Below are positions 53,210 through 64,000 of a stretch of 64,000 bases of DNA, in pieces. Where the stretch lies: assembly GCF_022539665.2 (NCBI RefSeq), contig NC_081333.1:11842001-11906000 (forward strand), given 5' to 3'. The notes under the pieces are model-generated. The model saw only the letters and a list, made by a program, of their open reading frames with translations, did no database searches and was not told where the DNA came from. The position numbers were made by a program, and so were the translations under genes. How positions within the stretch are numbered: the stretch's first letter is position 1; every line of letters starts with the position of its first letter. The DNA comes from Daphnia carinata (Eukaryota).

Positions 53210-55820
53210 TTGTTGTCTTGGAAGTGTGATAGCAACTGTGCTCTCTTGGTTGTCGGAGAGAGGCTTATATACCGGCCCCGAAAAGAAATCGAGTTAGGGT
53301 TTGGTCTAGCACAGAGCATGAATCACTTGTTTTGGCCTGGCCATCAGTACCAATCTGTCACTTTCTGAAATTACTTTGGTTTTCAAACATCTTCTTGTTC
53401 TAAGGTAAATCTGTATGTCTGTTGGTTGACTTTAGTCCTTTGATCGTATAGGAAATTTGTCACATCAAAGGCCGAGTTTGATAGGTTATTTTGTTTCGCG
53501 CATGAAACAAAATTTTGCAGTCGTGATAAATATTCATGGCAAGGAACCCATAATGTGCCATTCTCTCATAAGCAAGAACTTGTATGAACCTGTTGAGAAT
53601 ATCGCAGAATCACAGGTTCGGACGTGCGAACGCTCTGCCGGTTTCTTAAATTCGGAAATTTCTTCAGCTTTTCCACTTCAAACTAGCTCACTCGCTTCTG
53701 ATCTCATATCAAAGTTAACCAATACTTCGTAATTCTCATTGGGTTACCAGTTAGTTTCGAAAGTGTATTTTATGTATCCTTTTATTCGTAAAATATTCAA
53801 CTTAAATTATAAACTTTCATTTACGTTTGCTTGACTATGAAAAACTACCTAGCCTACACTTAGGTAAAATGTTTACTACGACAGATTTCGAAAAGTGTCT
53901 ATGTTTTAGTTTAAAATGGCTAATGTCCCATTTCGAAATGCTTTAGCAATTTCAAGTATGAAAGTAAGGTATCTTAATTTGATATTCCCTGATCGCTCAA
54001 GATAGCGATTCGTGCTCTTTACTCAAACTGATTTATTGATAATATAATTCGATTCGATTGTTTGTTACGATAGAATGTATTTTCGGTTTGCGCGTTTAGT
54101 TTATAGTTGGTTTATGACTGGGCTGACTCATCTAATATTTGGTTGGATACTTAGGGGATGAGTAGGACGGACTAGGATATGACGGGCTTGGATATTTAGG
54201 TGCAGAATAAGCTGGGCTTGGGTAAGATGGGTTTGGGTACGCTGGGCTTGCGTAACCAGCGGGTTTGTAAGCTGGCTTGTATTCCTTGGCCTCCCCGTCG
54301 TATTTGACATCAGCGACGTATCCAGTGTAGTCATCGGCTTTGTAGTCGACGATCTGAGTGCGACCATCAGGAAGAAGAGTGCGGTAAGATCCGGTAACGT
54401 AACCCTTGTCATCAGCAGTCTCTTGGTGAGCGTAATCGTTGTAAGAGGGATCGTCCTTAACGGCCCAGTTGAAGTTGTATGGCATAGGAGCCTAATATGT
54501 AGTTACAAATGTGGAAATGAATACCAGATAATGGCTTTTACGTACTTAAAACTTACGTATTCAGGAGTTTTGGCATAAGCCGGAGAAGGATAGGCGGGTG
54601 CTGGGTAGGCTGGAGCTTTGTACGCCGGAGTAGGGTATGAAGGTGCAGGGTATGCCGGAGTGGGATATTGTGGCTTGGGGTACTGCGGCTTGGGGTACTG
54701 CGGCTTGGAGTATTGTGACTTGGGGTAACCCTGGGAGGCAACGACGGCGATCAATGCAGCGAGAATCAGAACCTGTGATAAACGAAAGGAGGAACCACAG
54801 CAACATACTCAATTCACAGGAAACACCTCGCCTTTGCTACCATGTAGCTATTTTATACTAGTTTCTGTTTCTATATGAGTTTCTTACCTTCATGTTGTTG
54901 TCTTGAAAGTGTAGAAGCAACTGTGCTCTCTCGGTTGTCGGTGAGAGGCTTTTATACCGGCCCCGAAAAGAAATCGAGTTAGGGTTTGGTCTAGCACAGA
55001 GCATGAATCACTTGTGTTGGCCTGGCCATCAGTACCGACCTGTCACTTTCTGAAATTACTTTGGTTTTCAAACATCTTCTTGTGCTGACGTAAAATCTGT
55101 AGATCTGTTGGTTAGTTTTAGACCTTTGATCGCATAGGAAATGTGTCACATCAAAGGCCGAGTTTGATAGGTTATTTTGTTTCGCGCATGAAACGAAATT
55201 TCTCTGTCTTGATAAATATTCATGGCAAGGAACACATAATATGCCATTCTTTCATATTAAACAAGAACTCATATGAACCTGTTGATAATATTGCAGAAAC
55301 ACAGGTACGAGCGAAAATTCGGTCGGTTTCTTAAATTCGAAAATTTCCCCATCCCTTCCACTTCAAACTCAGCTCACGCGCTTCTGGTCTCATATCAAAG
55401 CTAACCAATTTTTCGTAATTCTCATTGAATTATCAGTTAGAATCGAAAAGTGTATTTTACGTATCCTTTTATTTGTAAAATATTTAACTTATACTATAAA
55501 CTTTTATTTACATTTGCTTCACTATGAAAAACTACCTAGCCTACACATAAGTCAAATGTTTGCTACGGCAGATTTCGGAAAGCTTTCTATGTTTTAATTT
55601 TAAATGGGTGATGCGTCATTCTGAAATGCTTTAGCTACTGCAAGTATGAATATTAGATGCGTTAATTTGTTATTCCCTCATCGTTCAAGATAGCATTTTG
55701 TACCGTTTATCAAAACCGATTTATTGATAATGTTATTTCATTTCGATTGTTTGTTACGATAGAATGTATTTTCGGTTTGCGCGTTTAGTTTATAATTGAC
55801 TTATGACTGAACTGCCTCAT
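53210..55820. repeat. Tandemly duplicated intergenic units between C2/C3 (53210-54130) and C3/C4 (54895-55820)
   Basis: Colinear, moderately diverged spacers (e.g. gtcacatcaaaggccgagtttgatagg at 53459 and 55145). Confidence 0.85.
54132..54893 (-). CDS. R&R cuticular protein, family C copy 3 (193 aa)
   Basis: Exons 54893-54888, 54772-54557, 54491-54132. Confidence 0.93.
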
Positions 55821-56542
55821 CTAATATTTGGTTGAATACTTAGGGGATGGGTAGGCTGGGCTAGGATATGCAGGGCTTGGATATTTAGGTGCAGAATAAG
55901 CTGGGCTTGGGTAACCAGCGGGTTTGTAAGCTGGCTTGTATTCCTTGGCCTCTCCGTCGTATTTGACATCAGCTACGTATCCGGTGTAGTCATCGGCTTT
56001 GTAGTCGACGATCTGTGTGCGACCATCAGGAAGAAGAGTGCGATAAGATCCGGTAACGTAACCCTTGTCATCAGCAGTCTCTTGGTGAGCGTAATCGTTG
56101 TAAGAGGGATCGTCCTTAACGGCCCAGTTGAAGTTGTATGGCATAGGAGCCTAACATATAGTAACAAATATGGAAATGAATACCAGATAATGGCTTTTAC
56201 GTACTGAAAACTTACGTATTCAGGAGTTTTGGCATAAGCCGGAGAAGGATAGGCGGGTGCTGGGTAGGCTGGAGCTTTGTACGACGGCGTAGGGTATGAA
56301 GGTGCAGGGTATGCCGGAGTGGGATATTGTGGCTTGGGGTACTGCGGTTTCGGATACTGTGGCTTGGGGTAACCCTGGGAAGCTACGACGGCGACGAATG
56401 CAGTGAGAATGAAAACCTGTAGATAGAAGAGAAGATGAACCTAATTAAGAATTTAAACTCGCAAAAAACACTTCAAGTTTGCTATTATATAGCTAGCGAC
56501 TTTGTACTAGTCTAGGTTGCTTCTTGAGTTCCTTACTTTCAT
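55821..56542 (-). CDS. R&R cuticular protein, family C copy 4 (178 aa)
   Basis: Exons 56542-56537, 56416-56216, 56150-55821. Confidence 0.93.
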
Positions 56543-57479
56543 GTTGTTGTCTTGGAAGTGTGGAAGTAACTGTGCCTTCTAGGTTGTTGGAGAGAGTCTT
56601 ATATACCGGTGCCAAAAAGAAATCGAGTTAGGGCTGAACCGAGCAGCATGGATCATTAGTTGGCCTTCAGTGTCGACTTGTCACTTTCAGAAATTATTTT
56701 GATTTTTGTGACACCTTTCTTTGCGTGCTTACTTTCAAATAGTAAGCATTTCTGACAATGATATGTTATAACGTTTACTAAACGTCTGGCACTTGAAAAA
56801 TGTTCTTGTCAGGTTACAAACGTAACAATTCTTTCACATCTTTCGGGAGTATTTCATTACAATGTAAATCTGTCGCAACATCAGTGATTCGGAAATGTAA
56901 TTTATCCTGCCGATACACCTCAGATGGGAACTAGGAATAGATATTACCTGCCCACTGCGGCTTTATACCAAAATGGGCCGATTTTTATTGACGCTTTTAT
57001 TAATTAGCGGTGGAATCCAGGCGTCTTCATGTTCGAAGATACGAAATAAATCGTTATGATAGGTTATGTTGTGCAATACACATAAGGCAGTTGTTTACAT
57101 ATTCATATTTTCTATTTTTTCTCAAGAAATTCTCTGGAAATATTCACCGTTGCGTACGTTAACTGGACTAATCAGACTTATCCAAATGGAAAGTGGGCGT
57201 TCCGTTTTTGCATATGGAATTCAAAGAACTTTTACTTGTTTTAGTTTGAATTGGGTGCTGTGTGATTATTAAATGCAATAGCTGCCAGAGTTATGAATAA
57301 TGCGAAACTTGATTACTATCCCGATTGCTCTCTTGGCTATTCACGCGGTTTCCGAGGAAAAATGGTTGCTTAAGAATAATGTTCATTTCGATTCATTTGT
57401 TTACTTTCTCATCAAGACATAACGCATTTTAGTTCATACTATTTTAGTTTACAGTTGACTTGTTCTGGATCTATCACGT

Positions 57480-58200
57480 CTAATATTTGGTTGGGTATTT
57501 CGGTGATGGATAGGCTGGGCTAGGATATGCAGGGCTTGGGTATTTGGAAGCAGAATAAGCAGGGCTTGGGTAAGATGGATACGCAGGGCTTGGGTAACCA
57601 GCGGGTTTGTAAGCTGGCTTGTATTCCTTGGCCTCTCCGTCGTATTTAACATCAGCGACGTATCCAGTGTAGTCATCGGCTTTGTAGTCGACGATCTGAG
57701 TGCGACCATCAGGAAGAAGAGTGCGGTAAGATCCGGTCACGTATCCTTTATCATCAGCGGTCTCTTGGTGAGCGTAGTCGTTGTAGGTGTAGTCATCCTT
57801 TACGGCCCAGTTGAAGTTGTACGGCATGGGGGCCTACAATCCAATGCATTAATCGTTAGATAAGATAAACAAGAGGTTCTTTTCGTGACTCACATATTCA
57901 GGAGTCTTGTAAGATGGAGACGGATAGGCAGGGGCAGGGTAGGCCGGAGCTTTGTAGGCCGGAGCTGGGTATGCTGGTGCGGAATATGCCGGAGTAGGGT
58001 ACTGTGGCTTGGGGTATTGTGGCTTGGGGTACTGTGGCTTTGGGTAACCCTGGGAGGCTACGACGGCGATGAGGGCAGCAAGAACAATGATCTGCAGTTT
58101 AAGAATAGACCAAAACGAGATATTGAGCTCACATGAAAGACATCAGTATTTGCTGCTATCTAGCCAAGTTTTTGTTGCTGCTTGAGTTCCTTACCTTCAT
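57480..58200 (-). CDS. R&R cuticular protein, family C copy 5 (185 aa; C1/C6 chimera)
   Basis: Exons 58200-58195, 58091-57894, 57833-57480. Confidence 0.93.
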
Positions 58201-59068
58201 GTTGATGTGTTTGAAGTTTGGAAGTAACTGTGCCTTCTCGGTTGTTGGAGAGGAGTTTTTATACCGGTGGAAAAAGAAATCGAATTAGGGTTGGACCAAC
58301 CAAACACCACGAAACCATCGGCTGGCCTTCAATGTCGACCTATCACTTTAAGAAACTATGGGATTTTTGTGAAACTTTGCTGTGTCGCTGTATTTTCAAA
58401 TGTTCTGTCTGAAATATCAGTAGCAATATGTATTAGCAAAAGGATTTTGTGACAGTGTCTCAGTTTGACAGGTTCTTTCGCTTACATGTAATACGAATAA
58501 GATTTAGATCTTAAAAAAATTATGGCAGTTACGATTATGGAGAAAATCTTTCACATTTTCCAATAGTTTTATTAATCGGGAAGTCTACTGCAAGAGTGCA
58601 AGTTTATGAGCCTAACAGTTCCAGCAGATATTCATAAAATCGAAATTTGGATATCTCTAGTTAATTCACTTCTGATCTCCCGGCTAAACTTACAGAATCA
58701 TTTTGTTAGACCAACTTGTATCACACTATCATGGTGCAGTTGTTCATGCACTGATTTTTCAAATTTAATTTCTACGGAGGTTTGCCTTATATACTGACGT
58801 TTTTAATGTGTGCTTAGCTGTCCAAAATTATCGAAGTTAAACTAGGGATTAAAACTTTCCATGCGGAGTTTCAAAAGCTTTCCATTATGTTATCATTTCA
58901 ATTAGATGATGCTGGAGCCTTAAATGCTGTAGCTGCTAAAGTTGTAAAAAACAACAGACTAGTTGCGACTTATTTTTCGATTCATTTGTTTACTTTCTCA
59001 TCAAGACATAACGCATTTTAGTTCATACTATTTTAGTTTATAGTTGACTTGTTCTTGATCTATCACGT

Positions 59069-59769
59069 CTAATATTTGGTTGGGTATTTCGGTGATGGAT
59101 AGGCTGGGCTAGGATATGCAGGGCTTGGGTATTTGGAAGCAGAATATGCAGGGCTTGGGTAAGATGGATACGCAGGGCTTGGGTAACCAGCGGGTCTGTA
59201 AGCTGGCTTGTATTCCTTGGCCTCTCCGTCGTATTTGACATCAGCAACGTAACCGGTGTAGTCATCAGCTTTGTAGTTGACGATCTGAGTGCGACCATCA
59301 GGAAGAAGAGTGCGGTAAGATCCGGTAACGTATCCCTTGTCATCAGCGGTCTCTTGGTGTGCGTAATCGTTGTAGGAGGGATCGTCCTTAACGGCCCAGT
59401 TGAAGTTGTATGGCATGGGGGCCTTGTATGTTGTAACAAACGTGGACATGAATAGGAGATAATGGCATTTGTATATGAAGCACTTACATATTCCGGAGTT
59501 TTGGCGTAAGCAGGAGAAGGATAGGCGGGTGCGGGATAGGCTGGAACTTTGTAGTTTGGGGTAGGATATGCTGGAGCAGGGTACTGTGGCTTGGGGTAAC
59601 CCTGGGAGGCTACGACGACGATCAATGCAGCGAAAATGAAAACCTGTAGGCACAACACGAACCAAAGCAAGGCATTAAAACTCACAGGAAAGATATCATT
59701 TTTCCTTTCACTAAACTAGGCATTGTGTTGCTCTTAGTTCATGGTGTTGCTGGAGTCTCTTACCTTCAT
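59069..59769 (-). CDS. R&R cuticular protein, family C copy 6 (171 aa)
   Basis: Exons 59769-59764, 59643-59488, 59422-59069. Confidence 0.93.
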
Positions 59770-60694
59770 GTTGATACGTTGATGGTTGAGAAGAAACTGT
59801 GCCTTCTCACTAACTTGAAAGGAGCTTATATACCGGCACGGAAAAGAAATCGAGTTAGGACTGGAAAGTTTCAATCGATGATCGCTATAGCGATACGACA
59901 AACGAAACTTCGAAAAATGCTTGTCGCTGAACCAATAATCATTTGATTTCTGGGAATCAATGGGATTAGATGTAAAAACGACTACACAAATTTTCAGTTT
60001 CCTTTCCGAGTTTCTTTTCAAGGAAATTGCTTGCTTATATACTTTATTATTTTTAGTTTCTCATAACGATTAAACAAACTGGTTTTTTCTTTCCTCGAAT
60101 TTTGTCTTTTTGCCGGTGTATTCCATCTCTCCTCTGCTTGCCATTGCACACGCCATGTTACGCTGATAAGAGCTTTCCCAAAAAAGATTTAACTTACACG
60201 GGCCATGGCGAAATCTTTACTTTTATGTGAGAGTGTATAGGTCATACATGCGTATAGGATAGATGGTTGCCTTTGACTCATAAATTACGAAGACTTTGAC
60301 AGTCTAAGTGCCTAGATCCTTATTTAAATCTTTCGTAGTATACTCTTGTATGATGTACTCAGTCGGCGGAATGAGCATAATGATTTTTTGATATAGTCAA
60401 CTTAATGCGTACACAAGCTTATGTGTAAAGTGACTAGAGGCTGAAAATGCATTGCTTGTATTACAAACGACGTGTAGATTTTAATTATGAGATAGTATTC
60501 TGCCGTTGTTTTCATAACTATTTGCACCCCAGACTTCCAATGACTTGCGTCGGTTTAAGTTTCACGAAATTGGTGGGTAAAAATAAAATAAGCAGGCATA
60601 CAGTCGATTACGTACAGAGAATTTTTGTGCGATTGAAATGTATTTGTATCCAAAATAATTTAGTATACAGCTGACTTGGAACAATTTGGTTTAT

Positions 60695-61399
60695 CTAGTA
60701 CTTGGTTGGGTATTTAGGAGCTGGGTAAGCTGGGCTGGGATATTTAGGTGCAGGGTAAGCTGGGCTAGGGTAAGCTGGGCTAGGGTAAGCTGGGCTTGGG
60801 TAGCCAGCGGGCTTGTAAGCTGGCTTGTAGTACTTGGCTTCGCCCTCGTACTTGACATCAGCGACGTAGCCGGAGTAGTCATCGGCCTTGTAGGTGACGA
60901 TCTGAGTGCGGCCATCGGGAAGAAGGACGCGGTAAGATCCAGTGACGTAACCCTTGTCATCAGCGGTCTCTTGGTGAGCGTAGTCGTTGTAGGAAGGATC
61001 GTCCTTAACGGCCCAATTAAAGCTGTATGGCATGGGGGCCTACAATTCAATGGATAAACCGTTAAATCAGATAGACAAGAGGTTCGTTTTCGTGACTTAC
61101 ATATTCGGGCGTCTTGTATGACGGAGATGGATAGGCAGGGGCAGGGTAGGCTGGAGCCTTGTAAGCCGGAGCTGGGTATGCTGGTGCAGGGTATGCCGGG
61201 GCAGGATACTGCGGCTTGGGGTATTGTGGCTTGGGGTAGCCCTGAGAAGCCACGACGGCGACCAATGCAGCGAGGATGATGAACTGTGCAAAACGAAAAT
61301 AAAAAAACGTGAATCGAGTGCAGTACTTTGTGATAGCCAGAAACTGAGTCACTTCCATTCAGGTGCACAAAAGCGTATACTAAATTCTTTTACCTTCAT
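60695..61399 (-). CDS. R&R cuticular protein, family C copy 7 (177 aa)
   Basis: Exons 61399-61394, 61283-61101, 61039-60695. Confidence 0.93.
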
Positions 61400-63048
61400 G
61401 TTGATGCTTTGAAAGTTAGAATTCAACTGACTTTTCCAACTGCTGTACATGCCTTTTATACCACTAAAAAAAGAAAACGAGTTTGGGCTGGGTCGGCTAA
61501 GCAATGCGTTTTCAAAACTGGCTCGCCTTCAATTGGTTTCAAGTTTGCGTAAGAAATCACAAACTTAGTAAAAAAAACTCACGCGTACGTATATGTGTAA
61601 TAATTTCGGGACTGTATCCAAGATCTACTTTCAGAAGACAGAAGGATGCTGTAGAATTTAGATGGGAATGCTGCTGAACGAATGTTTCCTTATACAGAGA
61701 TTGAACGATTTCACAAAGTGAGCTGATATTCTTTACATTTTCAGTCGCACGTCAAAACGACATCGATATTCGTGATTCTCGATAACATTTTGAATCGAAA
61801 TCGTACTTAGTTTGTCGTATTAAGAATTTAGCATAAAACCAAACACGTTCAAAGTTAAACCCGATTTTCAGAGCCAACTACAAATGCCAAATGCCTGAAT
61901 GACTGGACGGTGCATTGCCATTAGATAGTTATACATCTATGAAATTAGCGAAGTAAATTACAAAAGTGCTTTGTGTATGCAAATGGGATTGAAATGACGT
62001 TCCGTAAAAAACTAAAACACCTAATTACTAGTGAATTCCCTGTCTATCCATTATGATGTAGTATACTAGCGTAATTTCAATAACCGGAATGGAGACCTCT
62101 GAGTTAGGATGCAGCAAAATCTCTAAAGTAATAGCTGATGAATAACCGATGAAGTTTTTTTAAAAAAACATATGCATATGCATTCACGTTTCCGAATGAG
62201 AGACCTGTGGTCAAAGGAAACCACTGGCCAGGGGTGTGAAACTATGAAAAAAGTTCCCCGTCAACGCCCCTGGAATTGGCTCTTGATAGATTGCTAAATC
62301 CATTTGAGAGAAACTTCATTTGCTGGTCATTGGAATAAGAAATTGGCCATAGAAGAGTGACACGTTTTCTAGAAGCTGCGTAGTCTAGTGTGCACACAAA
62401 ACAATTGGCAAGAGAATGTTGTTGGGAAACGCTTTTGTTACCTCTTAAAGTAATTTAAAAATAATTCTAATCACCTCATTTTATGTTGCCCGTGAAATCG
62501 GTGAAGCCATTGCATCGGCACGTTAAGAAAATGACTAAAAAATTTATTAATCATCGGTCGTTACAATCATGACAAACGCCAGTCGTTACTGAATACAACC
62601 GATGCGTGAATTGTGGAAGTCGCTCTGATTCTTCACTCGTAGGAATCCATCAAAGAGAACAGAACATGACGAATACTAAATGAGTGTTCTAACGCATTAG
62701 CAATATTCAAATTGCTGAATCAGTTCACCGACAAATACTAGTGTATAATTGACGAAACGCTGGGCTACATAGCAGGTCTGGCTGCTTGTTCATTGCAAAT
62801 AACCAGAATGTCAGCTGTAAAGGGAAAGATTCGCATGAAGCCATCAATTTCATTATCGCACAAGACAAAAGGTTGGACGTGCAGGTGTTATAATTGTTGT
62901 GGGTCAAGAATGATATTCCTGCGGTTTTCAAAAAAGGTAACTTTTCGGAAGAGCAACATCGATTTGCTTAGCTTTCGTACTAAGATAGAATGTATTTCAG
63001 TTCAAGATAATTTTAGTTTACAATTGACTTATAATCGATGTGGTACAT

Positions 63049-63791
63049 CTAATATTTTGTTGGATATTTGGGAGCTGAGTAGGACGGGCTGGGATATGCA
63101 GGGCTTGGGTATTTAGGCGCAGAATAAGCAGGGCTTGGGTAAGATGGGCTTGGATAAGCCGGGCTTGGGTAACCAGCGGGTTTGTAAGCTGGCTTGTATT
63201 CCTTGGCCTCTCCTTCGTACTTAACGTCAGCGACGAAACCAGTGTAGTCGTCAGCCTTGTAGTTCACGATTTGTGTACGGCCGTCAGGAAGAAGAGTTCG
63301 GTAAGAACCAGTGACGTAACCCTTGTCATCACTGGTCTCTTGGTGAGCGTAGTCGTTGTAGGAAGGATCGTCCTTAACGGCCCAGTTAAAGCTGTATGGC
63401 ATGGGGGCCTAGTGTAACAATTGAGGAAATGAATACCAGATAATGGCTTTTTACGTACTAAATACTTACGTATTCAGGAGTTTTGGCATAAGCCGGAGAA
63501 GGATAGGCGGGTGCGGGGTAGGCTGGAGCTTTGTATGCCGGAGTAGGGTATGATGGTGCAGGGTATGCCGGAGTGGGATATTGTGGCTTGGGGTACTGCG
63601 GTTTGGGGTACTGTGGCTTGGGGTAACCCTGCGAGGCTACGACGGCGACCAATGCAGCGAGGATCAAGACCTGTTATAGATGACAATTTCGATTACATTA
63701 ACAAATAAAACTCACAGAAAAACACCTCGTTTTACTTCCAAGTAGCTACTTTGTAGTAGTTTCTTTTACTGTTTGAGTTCCTTACCTTCAT
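63049..63791 (-). CDS. R&R cuticular protein, family C copy 8 (188 aa)
   Basis: Exons 63791-63786, 63670-63470, 63408-63049. Confidence 0.93.
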
Positions 63792-64000
63792 GTTGTTGTC
63801 TTGGAAGTGTGGAAGCAACTGTGTCTTCTTGGCTGTTTAAGAGAGGCTTATATACCGGCTCAAAAAAGAAATCGAGTTAGGGCTTGGTCCAGTAAAAGGC
63901 AAGGATCATTCGTTGGCCTTCAATGCCAGCTTGCTACTGTCAAAAATTATTTAGATTTTTGTAACACCTTCTTGTGAAATGTGTTCTTGTAAAATCTTCA

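Noticed and set aside
59038..61368. Long ORFs 59038-59685, 59069-59665 and 60691-61368 as single-exon genes
   Set aside because: They read through introns or change frame relative to the conserved three-exon model shared by all copies.
62228..62273. CCAGGGGTGT...ACGCCCCTGG inverted pair resembling hAT-type TIRs
   Set aside because: Only 10 bp with a mismatch, and the flanking 8-mers match at just 5 of 8 positions; insufficient for a mobile element call.
50857..63791. Regularly repeated short units as a CRISPR-like array
   Set aside because: They are coding pentapeptide repeats and whole-gene duplications in a eukaryote; there is no repeat-spacer structure.

Overview
AT-rich arthropod genomic DNA, most likely a branchiopod crustacean such as Daphnia (inferred from ~60-110 nt introns, long poly-A/T tracts and the style of the cuticle genes). 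It is eukaryotic, so the ORF track fragments the genes; I rebuilt exon structures by hand from GT-AG sites and protein motifs. Contents: (1) ~21 kb with no recognisable genes, containing a 109-nt poly-G run, a cluster of Su(H)-type sites and a decayed hairpin-bearing repeat; (2) an intronless atonal/amos-family bHLH gene (21518-22321, minus); (3) a TspanC8 tetraspanin (30258-32597, plus) with two homologous 117-nt copies of exon 7, a likely mutually exclusive exon pair; (4) an IRE1-derived kinase+KEN gene (35973-37590, plus) that has no luminal or TM domain and has lost catalytic residues in both domains; (5) an array of 14 three-exon R&R cuticular protein genes (38747-63791): family A (5 copies, in a large inverted arrangement), one singleton B, and family C (8 tandem copies), with signs of gene conversion and unequal crossing-over. 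No rRNA, tRNA, CRISPR array or intact transposon was recognised. The most interesting items are the sensor-less, doubly dead IRE1 paralogue and the tetraspanin exon pair.
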